DNA of 63,911 nucleotides, counting the filler, from Bacteroidales bacterium (GTDB lineage Bacteria > Bacteroidota > Bacteroidia > Bacteroidales > CAIWKO01), in NCBI GenBank assembly GCA_035389045.1. It is 3 parts of 3 records of this genome, joined end to end, with 100 filler letters (N's around TTAATTAATTAA, not from the genome) between each part and the next. Parts side by side here need not be neighbours in the genome. Positions count along the whole stretch, not along the records: positions 1 to 26,800 come from DAOORA010000005.1; positions 26,901 to 58,891 come from DAOORA010000055.1; 1 more part is not named here. One strand, 5' to 3'. The notes beneath the pieces were generated by a model. The model made no database searches. It saw only the letters and a list, made by a program, of their open reading frames with translations, and was not told the DNA's origin. Positions within the stretch are counted from its first letter, which is position 1, and the number at the start of each line of letters is the position of its first letter. The position numbers were made by a program, and so were the translations under genes. This document shows, one piece after another, positions 18,704 through 27,686 of the stretch.

Positions 18704-19903
18704 TTGTTGATTATTTTTGAGACATTGACTGAAAACTTTTCATTTTCTGTTAGCGATATTGAATATATAATCAGCAATACCGACAAGATTGTCAAAGGTA
18801 TTTCCAAGGTTATGGCTATATTCTATTCCGCAAAAGCCAATGCTGTGAAAGCAATAGAAATTGAAAAACCGTTTATGCCCCGAAACTTTTCTGATATTCC
18901 TTTTGATGAGGCAAAGACCATGGAAGAGATTGAGACTTTAAGGAATGATCAGCCTATGGAATATTTCTGGTATACCTCGCAGGATGTCCCTCTGGAGCAG
19001 AAAACCACAAACATTAAACAGCTGGATGTATTTGATGAGAATGACCGGCATATACTGTTGGTAACCGTGAAAAATGAAAATGACAAAAAAAACGACCTGA
19101 TCTATTATTATTTCAATAAAAACCTGGGCAATTTCATGCCAAGTGATACTGAAACGCCTATGGATCAAAACAATAAGACCATTATCGGAATTATGATGTA
19201 CCGGGTCGTGAATATGATGGCCGAAAAATGCAGAAACGACAGGAAGGTTTTAATATCAATGAATAAGGATGTCCGAAAGATTGTTTCATCTCTAAGAAAC
19301 AAAGAAGAAATGAATGAAAAACATTTAAATCTCATAACCAATCATGTTGCTGATATTCTGGCAGAGCTGTCTTTGAAATCCGAAAGATATTCATATATGC
19401 TCTCAGAGAAGGCCATAAACAAACTGAAAAATTATAAAGGCGATCTGAAATCGCTGAACAAAATTGTAAGACATGCGGTACGCTTTGCCACCAACTTAAA
19501 CGTAGATATTACCGATGAACCTATCAGGATACAGGATTTTCATCTGGACTTTGATATGATGGATTCGGAAGGAGGATTGCCTCAGCCGAGTGTCAAAATG
19601 GAAGAGTCCAAATACAATAAGCCTATCGCATGGCTGGACCGCCTTGAAGCAGCAGCACAGATACTTACGAAAAGCAAACTTCCGGTGACCGGTCCGAACC
19701 TCGGAAAAAACTGCCAGCCTTCAATCACAGCGGCAGCTATATCAGAATTTATGCATAAAAACTATTCGAAAATTAAAACCGTGCTGGAAACTAATCCTGA
19801 CAACTGGCCAATAGTAAGGTACGAATTCAAACCGCTTACGGTCTTTCTCATTCCTACCAAAAAAGAAACGAACCGCGAAGGGACAAAGGAACAACAAGCC
19901 TGA
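18704..19903 (+). CDS. hypothetical protein, possibly a regulator (start uncertain; ATG 18812 possible)
   Basis: 399-aa ORF; LSEKAINKLKNYKGDLKSLNKIVRHAV resembles the lid region of sigma54-activator AAA+ domains; helical C-terminus. Confidence 0.7.
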   Translation: MLIIFETLTENFSFSVSDIEYIISNTDKIVKGISKVMAIFYSAKANAVKAIEIEKPFMPRNFSDIPFDEAKTMEEIETLRNDQPMEYFWYTSQDVPLEQKTTNIKQLDVFDENDRHILLVTVKNENDKKNDLIYYYFNKNLGNFMPSDTETPMDQNNKTIIGIMMYRVVNMMAEKCRNDRKVLISMNKDVRKIVSSLRNKEEMNEKHLNLITNHVADILAELSLKSERYSYMLSEKAINKLKNYKGDLKSLNKIVRHAVRFATNLNVDITDEPIRIQDFHLDFDMMDSEGGLPQPSVKMEESKYNKPIAWLDRLEAAAQILTKSKLPVTGPNLGKNCQPSITAAAISEFMHKNYSKIKTVLETNPDNWPIVRYEFKPLTVFLIPTKKETNREGTKEQQA

Positions 19904-19904
19904 G

Positions 19905-21011
19905 CTATACCTTGAAAACCAATAAGGGTGTATTTACCTTGAAAAGTATGTCTTTAACGATGCTTTTGCTGAAGATCTTCATCAGGAAGTTTCTTTTCCG
20001 GTCATTAAGAGTGACCAGGTTGATTTTATTGGTTTTTACAAAGTCTGCAACACTTTTCGAGATATCTTTACTGCTGATCAACTTGCAACTGATGTCATAT
20101 TCGCTGTAAACATTTTTGATATGTCCGGTGAGTTCATCGAGCATAATTTTATTAATAGCATTTTTTTCCTGCTGAATATGAATGCAGTGGACATTTACCC
20201 CAAAAACACTGATAATGCTCATCAACCTCCGGAAGGAACTGAAATCCCTGTCGTCGAAATCGGTCAGGTACATGGCATTAAAGTTTTCTATTGTTGCAAA
20301 AGCATATTCCCGTGGAACAACCAACACCGGAATGGAAACATTCTCAATCGTGTTCAGCGCTACGCTGCCTGCCTGGTAATTCCTTGATTTACCCAAGCCC
20401 TTGGTGCCCATCACCACCATAGCCGATTTGTATTTTTTACAAAGACGCGGGATGGCCGTTATCGGATCTCCGAAAATAATGCTGGCGGAATATCTGATTT
20501 CAGGCAAATTCTTTTCTTTAATATATTTGGTGAGGGTGGCTTTGAATTTTTTCATGCCCTCTTTAGCATCCATCTTTTCATCATTAAAGATGTTTCCCAT
20601 ACCGATCTGATAACTGAATGCATCAGGAAAGGGATTGGCCATGGGTTGCATACTATAACAGGCATAAACAAACTTAACATCAGCTTTTATTTTGGCTGCC
20701 AGCTGAAGGGCATAATATGAGGCGTTGAGTGAATCTTCGGAAAAATCCACCGGACAAATGATTTTGCTGATACTTTGCCTGATGGGGATATCTTCCTTTT
20801 TTGAGTCTATAATTTCTATTTCGTTAACGATCTGCAGCGCTTTTTTGACATCGGTATCTTTAACCAGCAGTTTTACACCCGATGCTACGTCAGACTGTAT
20901 CAGGTTTACATTTGCGAGGTAGGCCTCAATACCTTCAAATTCCAGCCGGCTTTTCAGCAACAGGGCTTTTGAATATTTTGCCGTAGTCAGGGTTACCAAT
21001 TTTGTTTTCAT
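19905..21011 (-). CDS. universal stress protein with N-terminal DUF2007-like domain
   Basis: IICPVDFSEDS, MVVMGTKG, GSVA..IPVLVVP; second USP domain; N-terminal ALLLKSRLEFEGI..GVKLLV. Confidence 0.88.
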   Translation of the reverse strand: MKTKLVTLTTAKYSKALLLKSRLEFEGIEAYLANVNLIQSDVASGVKLLVKDTDVKKALQIVNEIEIIDSKKEDIPIRQSISKIICPVDFSEDSLNASYYALQLAAKIKADVKFVYACYSMQPMANPFPDAFSYQIGMGNIFNDEKMDAKEGMKKFKATLTKYIKEKNLPEIRYSASIIFGDPITAIPRLCKKYKSAMVVMGTKGLGKSRNYQAGSVALNTIENVSIPVLVVPREYAFATIENFNAMYLTDFDDRDFSSFRRLMSIISVFGVNVHCIHIQQEKNAINKIMLDELTGHIKNVYSEYDISCKLISSKDISKSVADFVKTNKINLVTLNDRKRNFLMKIFSKSIVKDILFKVNTPLLVFKV

Positions 21012-21072
21012 AACACAATTTTTTTATAAAAATACGGTATTTTTGTTCAAATATCAAGATATTTTTTTAATT

Positions 21073-22263
21073 ATGATAAATGAACGACAAATTTTCTACG
21101 AAATTCTTGCGCAAACATCTGATAACCCGATAGGTATAGAGTTATGTAGCGCCGAAGGAGTTTTTTTATTCGATAGTGACGGAAAAAAATATTATGACCT
21201 GATATCGGGTGTTTCAGTGAGCAATGCCGGCCATAAAAACAAAGAAATAATGCAGGCTATAACCCTGCAACTTGAAAAATACTCACATCTTATGGTTTAT
21301 GGCGAAATTATTCAATCGCCACAAGTAAGTTATGCTGAGTTACTGGTTTCCTTATTGCCTGAAAATCTGAACAATGTGTATTTTGTAAATTCCGGCTCCG
21401 AAGCCATCGAAGGCGCTATGAAGCTGGCCAAACGATATACAGGAAGAACAGAGATCATCGCTTTTGAAAATGCATACCACGGCAGCACTCAGGGCGCTAT
21501 GAGCGTTTTGGGAAGTGCTGAACTCAAAAGAGCTTTCCGCCCTTTGTTACCGGATGTAAGCTTTTTGAAGTTTAATGATGCCGGAGGGTTGTGTCGTATC
21601 ACCGGGAAAACTGCCTGTGTCATTGCCGAGCCTGTGCAGGGCGAAGCAGGTATTGTGCTGCCTGAGCATGATTTTTTAGAAAAACTCTCTCAGCGATGTA
21701 AGGAAACAGGGGCCTTATTGATTTTTGATGAGGTTCAGACCGGCATAGGCCGTACCGGGCGAAATTTTGCTTTTGAACATTATAATGTCACACCCGACAT
21801 CCTGGTTCTGGCCAAAGCTCTGGGAGGCGGCATGCCGCTGGGCGCTTTTATCGCTTCAAAAAAAATCATGCATTCGCTCACTCACAATCCGGCCCTCGGA
21901 CATATCACCACTTTTGGCGGACATCCGGTGTGCTGTGCTGCAGGGCTGGCTGCATTTATCTATATTCAAAAAAATATAAAACATTCAGAAACAGAATATA
22001 AAGCAGAATTATTTTATTCATTACTTAAAGATGCAAAACACGTCAGGGAAATACGATACAAAGGTTTACTGATGGCAATTGAGCTGGGTTCTGCTGACAA
22101 ATTGAAACAATTTATGCGTGTGGCAGCAGAAAATGGGATCATCTCTGACTGGTTTTTGTTTTGCGATACAGCTTTCAGAATTTCTCCACCATTGATTATT
22201 ACGGAGGATGAGATCAGAGATGTGTGCCGGATCATAAAAGAGTGCCTTGAACTAGTCAGATGA
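21073..22263 (+). CDS. class III PLP aminotransferase (acetylornithine aminotransferase-like)
   Basis: NSGSEAIEGAMK, EPVQGEAG, LIFDEVQTGIGRTG, AKALGGGMPLGA, TTFGGHP; ATG at 21073. Confidence 0.9.
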   Translation: MINERQIFYEILAQTSDNPIGIELCSAEGVFLFDSDGKKYYDLISGVSVSNAGHKNKEIMQAITLQLEKYSHLMVYGEIIQSPQVSYAELLVSLLPENLNNVYFVNSGSEAIEGAMKLAKRYTGRTEIIAFENAYHGSTQGAMSVLGSAELKRAFRPLLPDVSFLKFNDAGGLCRITGKTACVIAEPVQGEAGIVLPEHDFLEKLSQRCKETGALLIFDEVQTGIGRTGRNFAFEHYNVTPDILVLAKALGGGMPLGAFIASKKIMHSLTHNPALGHITTFGGHPVCCAAGLAAFIYIQKNIKHSETEYKAELFYSLLKDAKHVREIRYKGLLMAIELGSADKLKQFMRVAAENGIISDWFLFCDTAFRISPPLIITEDEIRDVCRIIKECLELVR

Positions 22264-22330
22264 TGATATCTGCCGGTGGATGACTGTTTCGTATTGCCCT
22301 TATAAATTGGCTATTTATCGGTAGGCGCAC

Positions 22331-22368
22331 CATCAACCCTGTGAGGTAAGAGGATTGATGAAAAAAAA
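22331..22368 (-). terminator. probable intrinsic terminator
   Basis: catcaaccct / aggattgatg inverted repeat (one G-U pair on minus strand) followed by A8 on + (U8 on minus), just past the 22374 stop. Confidence 0.5.
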
Positions 22369-22373
22369 GTCAC

Positions 22374-22892
22374 CTATTTCATAATGCAGCGGATTATTCC
22401 CTTCAGCTTTTCCACGTCATTCTTATTAAGTACCCTGTTAAATGGCTCAATACCGACATTTAAAGCCATAGTGAGGGGTTTCATTTCAATCATTTTTTCA
22501 AGGTCTTCCGAACGTATGGGGTAGTCGACCATGTACTCGGTCCAGGCCTGATCGCCGTAATGAGGGATGGGCTTAGAACGTGCCACTGAACATAGCAACA
22601 GTGTTTCTCCTCCGGACAGGGCAATAGAAGCGGTATCATTCTTTTCAATAACCTCCCTAAGCGCCCCGCTGATCCAGAAATTCAGTGTCAAAACATAAGA
22701 AGTGTCATTTCGGCTGATGATGACATAAAAGATATCGGTTCCGGTGAGTTTGGTTTTAATCTTTTTTATAGGCGCAGCGGTAACGGGGTCTGTTTTGTTG
22801 GTTTCAAATTTACACTCTGAACTTTGGCTAAACCCTGAGAATACCATTGTATTACAACAGATTAACAAAAAAAATATTTTCAGTGATCTCAT
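22374..22892 (-). CDS. hypothetical secreted protein
   Basis: 172 aa, signal peptide ending GFS-Q; caaatata promoter box at 22913-22920. Confidence 0.7.
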   Translation of the reverse strand: MRSLKIFFLLICCNTMVFSGFSQSSECKFETNKTDPVTAAPIKKIKTKLTGTDIFYVIISRNDTSYVLTLNFWISGALREVIEKNDTASIALSGGETLLLCSVARSKPIPHYGDQAWTEYMVDYPIRSEDLEKMIEMKPLTMALNVGIEPFNRVLNKNDVEKLKGIIRCIMK

Positions 22893-23069
22893 AATTTTAT
22901 TTTTTGGCTAAACAAATATACAATAATTGTGCAATTTCCGAAATACATAAAAGAAAGTAAATGACTAATAAGAGTTTTATTGTTTTTGATACAATTAATA
23001 AATACATTTGGTGTCCCGATAAAAAATAACCTATTAAAAAACAAAAAACAGGATTAAAAAGGCATTTTA

Positions 23070-23417
23070 ATGAAAAAAAATACTTTCGCAATCGTCATAA
23101 TTATTATAGGATTATTTTTGGTTTCCTGTGAGGGGCCGAAAACTTTTTCGGTGACTGTTGTCGACAAAGTAACACAGCAGCCTGTTGATAGCGTATTAGT
23201 TATTGTGAAAGTGAAGGCCGGTAACAAAGAGAAAAGCGCTTACAATTTAGAAGGTTTTACAGATGCATCCGGGAATTTCACCAGGGAAGAAATGATCGGC
23301 TATGGCCTGAGCCTGAAGCGCTGGCATTTTTATATGGAATATGATAAAAAAGGTTATATTCATAAAACAGAATCAGACCGTACCGAAGGTGTGGTTGAGT
23401 TAGAGCCTTCACGCTAA
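23070..23417 (+). CDS. hypothetical lipoprotein (carboxypeptidase-regulatory/transthyretin-like fold possible)
   Basis: LVS-C lipobox; VTVVDKVTQQPVDSVLV..FTDASGNF..YDKKGY. Confidence 0.7.
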   Translation: MKKNTFAIVIIIIGLFLVSCEGPKTFSVTVVDKVTQQPVDSVLVIVKVKAGNKEKSAYNLEGFTDASGNFTREEMIGYGLSLKRWHFYMEYDKKGYIHKTESDRTEGVVELEPSR

Positions 23418-23460
23418 GATTCATACATGGAGTTTTCGAACAGGCACTAAACAGAAATCA

Positions 23461-24072
23461 TCACCTGATATTACAAGTCAGCATTTTCTTGTCTTCCAGG
23501 TAGGCGGTAAGCCTGTCCCCTATTTTCACAGGCCCAACGCCTGCTGGCGTCCCCGTAAAAAACAGGTCGCCGGTTTTCAGGGTGATGAATTGTGAAACAT
23601 GGGCAATGATCTGGTCGATGCTGAAAATCATGTGAGACGTGTTTCCCGACTGTACTGTTTCTCTATTTTTTTTCAATGAAAAGTTAAGGTTTTTTATGTC
23701 GGGAAACTCAGCGAGGGGCACAAAACTGCTGATGGGTGCGGAACCGTCGAAGCCTTTGGTTTTTTCCCATGGAAGTCCCTTGTGTATGGCCTCCGATTGC
23801 AGATCGCGGGCAGTCATGTCGAGGCCTACAGCAATTTCATCATAGTAGGTATGTGCAAATTTTTCCTGAATATACTTCCCTACTTTGCAGATACGAAATA
23901 CGATTTCGACTTCGTACTGAACATCATTTGAAAAATCGGGGTAAAAGAAAGGCCGGTTGCGCGTAACCAGCGCAGTATCAGGTTTCAGGAAAAACAAAGG
24001 CTCTTTGGGCAAATCGTTTTTCATCTCCCGGATATGATCTGAATAGTTTCGCCCGATACAGATGATCTTCAT
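23461..24072 (-). CDS. fumarylacetoacetate hydrolase family protein
   Basis: KIICIGRNY, FLKPDTAL, YEVE, DMTARDLQ, GDLFFTGTPAGVG. Confidence 0.93.
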   Translation of the reverse strand: MKIICIGRNYSDHIREMKNDLPKEPLFFLKPDTALVTRNRPFFYPDFSNDVQYEVEIVFRICKVGKYIQEKFAHTYYDEIAVGLDMTARDLQSEAIHKGLPWEKTKGFDGSAPISSFVPLAEFPDIKNLNFSLKKNRETVQSGNTSHMIFSIDQIIAHVSQFITLKTGDLFFTGTPAGVGPVKIGDRLTAYLEDKKMLTCNIR

Positions 24073-24129
24073 AGTTTATATCATTAAAATGAGAAATTTT
24101 TTGTTGTACTCCTGAGTAAAAAAAATATT

Positions 24130-24196
24130 CGACCCCGCCGGGGTCGCAAGTTCTTTGTGTTTTGTTTTTTACGACTATTTGAATCCTCCGGATTCA
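24130..24196. repeat. pair of short REP-like hairpins
   Basis: CGACCCC-gcc-GGGGTCG (24130-24146) and TGAATCC-tcc-GGATTCA (24180-24196), each 7-bp stem/3-nt loop preceded by TATT. Confidence 0.55.
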
Positions 24197-24231
24197 GTTT
24201 TATGCTATTATTGGGAGTTTTTTTAAAAAAA

Positions 24232-25056
24232 TTATTTAATTTTTACTGACGAATTATTAAACCCGCGCAGTTTTATAGCATTGATCACACGTTTGGTGGA
24301 GAGTGGAAAATCGGCTTTCGACATCCAGTCGTAATAGGAAGGTTCTTTCTTAAAGACCTCTTCTACCGATTTTCCTTTGTGTTTGCCGAAATTAAACACT
24401 TCCACATTGTTTTCATTATAGACAATATGCCCTACCATGTCTACATTCTTTGATTTGAAAGAAAAGTCATGCAGCGCCTGTACATCGTTGACAATAGGTT
24501 TGCTCGTACTGCCGTTGTTATCGGTAAATTCCGCATCTTTATAAAGATCGAGCTGGGCTAAAAGCACTTCATAGGTGGCCAGGGTGTCTGCTTCGGCAGA
24601 GTGGGCATTTTGTATTTCTTTATTGCAATAAAACTTGTAAGCTCCTTTTAAGGTGCGGGGTTCCATACGGTGAAAAATATTCTGTACATCAATAAACCGT
24701 CTACCGGAGAGGTTAAACTCTATACCTGCACGCATAAATTCTTCGATGAGCAGAGGGATATCGTATTTATTGGAGTTATATCCTGCCAGATCACAGTTGT
24801 CGAGGTAACGGTTCAATTCGGGTGCTATATCTGCAAAGGTTGGACAATCTTTTACATCATCATCTGATATACCGTGTATGGCTGTGACCAATGGAGGTAT
24901 CGGGATGGTGGGATTGATACGCAGGGTTTTTATATCACGGCTGCCATCCGGATCTTCGCGGAGTATGCATATTTCAACAATACGGTCTGTAACAACATTC
25001 AGTCCTGTGGTTTCGATATCGAGAACTGCCAGTGGCCTGTTAAGTTTAAGTTTCAT
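24232..25056 (-). CDS. dnaQ: 3'-5' exonuclease, DNA polymerase III epsilon-like (DEDDh)
   Basis: LDIETTG, AGYNSNKYD, AHSAEAD; C-terminal FNFGKHKG. Confidence 0.85.
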   Translation of the reverse strand: MKLKLNRPLAVLDIETTGLNVVTDRIVEICILREDPDGSRDIKTLRINPTIPIPPLVTAIHGISDDDVKDCPTFADIAPELNRYLDNCDLAGYNSNKYDIPLLIEEFMRAGIEFNLSGRRFIDVQNIFHRMEPRTLKGAYKFYCNKEIQNAHSAEADTLATYEVLLAQLDLYKDAEFTDNNGSTSKPIVNDVQALHDFSFKSKNVDMVGHIVYNENNVEVFNFGKHKGKSVEEVFKKEPSYYDWMSKADFPLSTKRVINAIKLRGFNNSSVKIK

Positions 25057-25059
25057 GAT

Positions 25060-26799
25060 TTATTTTTTGGTAAGCCTGAATGTTTTTGAAATTTGTGCCA
25101 CCGGTGTTTCCCTGTCTTCTATTTTTATTATTTCTGTAAGCTCCTGATATCCTTCACAGGATATTTCAATACGAAACTCACCCGGTGGCAACACCATGAT
25201 AAATTTCCCGTTATGGCGGTTGGGCTTATAGATACCCTTCAGTTTATTGGATGCCAGGTCGATGGCTTTGATGGTCACCAGCGGGCCGTTGTCGTATTTT
25301 TCTTCGGTGGCCTTGAGCGCTGTCGCATAACTCCTGGCAAGCGAATCCGTGACTTTATTCTGTGTCAGATAGGCCTCCACGGTAAACTGCTTCAGACTGT
25401 CGATGGTGTTCTTCATGGATTCACTGAAACTTTTAAAAATATCAAGGGAATCCATTTCTGTCAGGTTACCTACTATGGTCGTATGTCCGGCTTTTACATT
25501 ATTGAAGATCACCCTGTAAATATCGAGGTTTCCGTAGGTGTCATCGCGCAGGGCGGAAACATAGGCATATCTTCCCGAACCGGTAAATGATATGGTATTA
25601 TTGTCTTCGGGTGTGTTTACCGGGTACCCGATATTGACGGCCTCGGTGAAGGTGTTATCCTCTTTATTCCATGTGGTTCTGAAGATATCGAATCCCCCCA
25701 TGCTGTTATGGCCTGTTGAAGCAAAATATAAAGTTTTTCCGTCGGGCGCCAGGTATGGGAATTCCTCATCATACGTCGTATTGATCTCATCGCCGGCGTT
25801 TTCGGGGGTACCCCATTGTCCCGAAGGAAGCAACTTGGATATATAAATGTCACTGCCGCCCTGCCCGTCTTCGCGGGCAGCTGAAAAGATAATCATTTTC
25901 TTGTCCGGGGTTATAGTAACCGATGAAATACCTGACTTGGAATTATTAACATTACCCGCTATGGCATTGAGCTTCTGGAAACTTTTTCCTTCTTTTACCG
26001 ACATACATGTCTGCATTTTATATTCAAGGTTGTCGACAAAGGCAAACAGATACGAACCATCAGACGACAGTCCACAGGATTCTTCCACCAGGGGGCTATT
26101 AATGGCCGGAACCAGTCTTTTGCATTTTTCCCATACGCCGTATTTGTTTTCAGAAACAAAAATATCTGCGGTATAATACCCGTCATAATCGATCAGGTTA
26201 CCTGTGTTTCCCGAACGTTTTGAGGTATAATACAACACGGTTTCTTTTTTATTTACATATGGATTATAATCGGGTGAGGGTGAATTTATGCGGGAACCCA
26301 CATTCTCGAAGGTGACATTTAAAGGATTCTTAATCAACTCCATAGCGTTTTCACACATTTCAATCTGCCGGTCGGCGGAAATATAATTAAGGTCTTTATC
26401 CCCGGAAATCAGTTTTTTAAATTTTTCAAAACATTCCATAGCTTCTTCAAAGCGGTAGGTAATCTGATAAGCCACGCCAAGCTCGTACATGGCTTCCGGA
26501 TCGTAATCTTTCTGCCTCGTGACTTCTTCAAGAAACGGAATAGCTTTCTTTTTATCAATATTGGTGTTCAGGTAACAGATACCCAGCGGATACCAGTAAT
26601 CCTTGTTATTGGAATCCCTGGCGTAGAGAAACTGATATTCTTTTAAAGCAGTAGCATAGTCGTTGAACAAAAAAAACTGTTTGGCGATTTTTTCATCGCC
26701 CGAAGCTTCAATATTTTTCTGAGAAAAGGCAATTTCTGATAAAAGAAGAAAAAGAATAATCAAGCCCCGGTAGTATATCATTCCTCTTTTAGATGACAT
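25060..26799 (-). CDS. TPR + PD40 beta-propeller protein (PorE-like but without OmpA domain); start at contig edge
   Basis: N-terminal TPRs; PD40 repeats (GGSDIY, DEEFPYLAPDGKTLYFASTGHNSMGGFDIF, NIGYPVNTPED); C-terminal carboxypeptidase-regulatory-like segment. Confidence 0.82.
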   Translation of the reverse strand: MSSKRGMIYYRGLIILFLLLSEIAFSQKNIEASGDEKIAKQFFLFNDYATALKEYQFLYARDSNNKDYWYPLGICYLNTNIDKKKAIPFLEEVTRQKDYDPEAMYELGVAYQITYRFEEAMECFEKFKKLISGDKDLNYISADRQIEMCENAMELIKNPLNVTFENVGSRINSPSPDYNPYVNKKETVLYYTSKRSGNTGNLIDYDGYYTADIFVSENKYGVWEKCKRLVPAINSPLVEESCGLSSDGSYLFAFVDNLEYKMQTCMSVKEGKSFQKLNAIAGNVNNSKSGISSVTITPDKKMIIFSAAREDGQGGSDIYISKLLPSGQWGTPENAGDEINTTYDEEFPYLAPDGKTLYFASTGHNSMGGFDIFRTTWNKEDNTFTEAVNIGYPVNTPEDNNTISFTGSGRYAYVSALRDDTYGNLDIYRVIFNNVKAGHTTIVGNLTEMDSLDIFKSFSESMKNTIDSLKQFTVEAYLTQNKVTDSLARSYATALKATEEKYDNGPLVTIKAIDLASNKLKGIYKPNRHNGKFIMVLPPGEFRIEISCEGYQELTEIIKIEDRETPVAQISKTFRLTKK

Positions 26800-26800
26800 T

Positions 26801-26900
26801 NNNNNNNNNNNNNNNNNNNNNNNNNNNNNNNNNNNNNNNNNNNNTTAATTAATTAANNNNNNNNNNNNNNNNNNNNNNNNNNNNNNNNNNNNNNNNNNNN
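26801..26900. other. artificial contig linker
   Basis: 44 N + TTAATTAATTAA (stops in all six frames) + 44 N. Confidence 0.97.
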
Positions 26901-27590
26901 GTAGCCATAAGTTCGAGCGGGTTATCAATATTTATGAAATATATACCCGGCAAGATAATGGTTGTTTTAGGCAGGGCAGCCTATGTTTCATCAAAAATGA
27001 ACGTACCCATAAGTAAGACTACCACATCATCTTTTTTAAATCAGATCATCATTTTATGGACAGGTTTATTTTTAGGGGGTATCATCTTATTTACTATCAA
27101 TATTCCGCACATTTGGAATATTATAAGTATATTAGTTTTTTTGTTTCTTACCCTGATTCTAATTTTCAATAAATATTTTTTTTCAATACTTAAAAAACTA
27201 TTTATAAAATTAGGGAAAAATCTAACTATTGAGGAATTCAAAATCAAGGACGTAATTAATATCTGCCCTTCTTTTTTTCTGAACTGGATTTTCTGGTCAA
27301 TAGGCTTCTATCTATTAATAAAATCAGCTTATTTTGGGGATGTTTCTTTATTTTTAATTTTTGCTTTTCCATTATCAGCAACACTTGCAATTATTGTTTT
27401 GTTTGCTCCTGGCGGACTTGGCATAAGAGAGGGCATAATAGTTGCCTGCCTGGTTCTTTTTAATGTGCCGTTAGATATTGCAACAGGTATATCCGTATTA
27501 AGCAGGTTGTGGTTTTTATTAGGAGAGCTTTTTATTTTTATCTTTGCTTTAGTGCTTGATAAGATTTTAAAAAAACAAAAATTTTATTAA
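26901..27590 (+). CDS. lysylphosphatidylglycerol-synthase-TM/flippase-like membrane protein, 5'-truncated
   Basis: Frame open from the contig start; KYIPGK, APGGLGIREG, SRLW motifs; multi-TM. Confidence 0.8.
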   Translation, partial: VAISSSGLSIFMKYIPGKIMVVLGRAAYVSSKMNVPISKTTTSSFLNQIIILWTGLFLGGIILFTINIPHIWNIISILVFLFLTLILIFNKYFFSILKKLFIKLGKNLTIEEFKIKDVINICPSFFLNWIFWSIGFYLLIKSAYFGDVSLFLIFAFPLSATLAIIVLFAPGGLGIREGIIVACLVLFNVPLDIATGISVLSRLWFLLGELFIFIFALVLDKILKKQKFY

Positions 27591-27650
27591 ACATAATAGA
27601 ATCCTTATAAAAATTTAAACCGAAATGTAGTTTTTAATCATAAAAAGATT

Positions 27651-27658
27651 TATCTTTG
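27651..27658 (+). promoter_or_regulatory. Bacteroidota -7 promoter box (TATCTTTG)
   Basis: TAnnTTTG 28 nt before ATG 27687. Confidence 0.55.
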
Positions 27659-27686
27659 TTATACAACTGCCTTAAATAAATAAGAA

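Noticed and set aside
26845..26856. TTAATTAATTAA palindrome (also 58936-58947) as a biological site
   Set aside because: Synthetic six-frame stop linker inside N runs; the track's 58459-58947 ORF end is an artefact of it.
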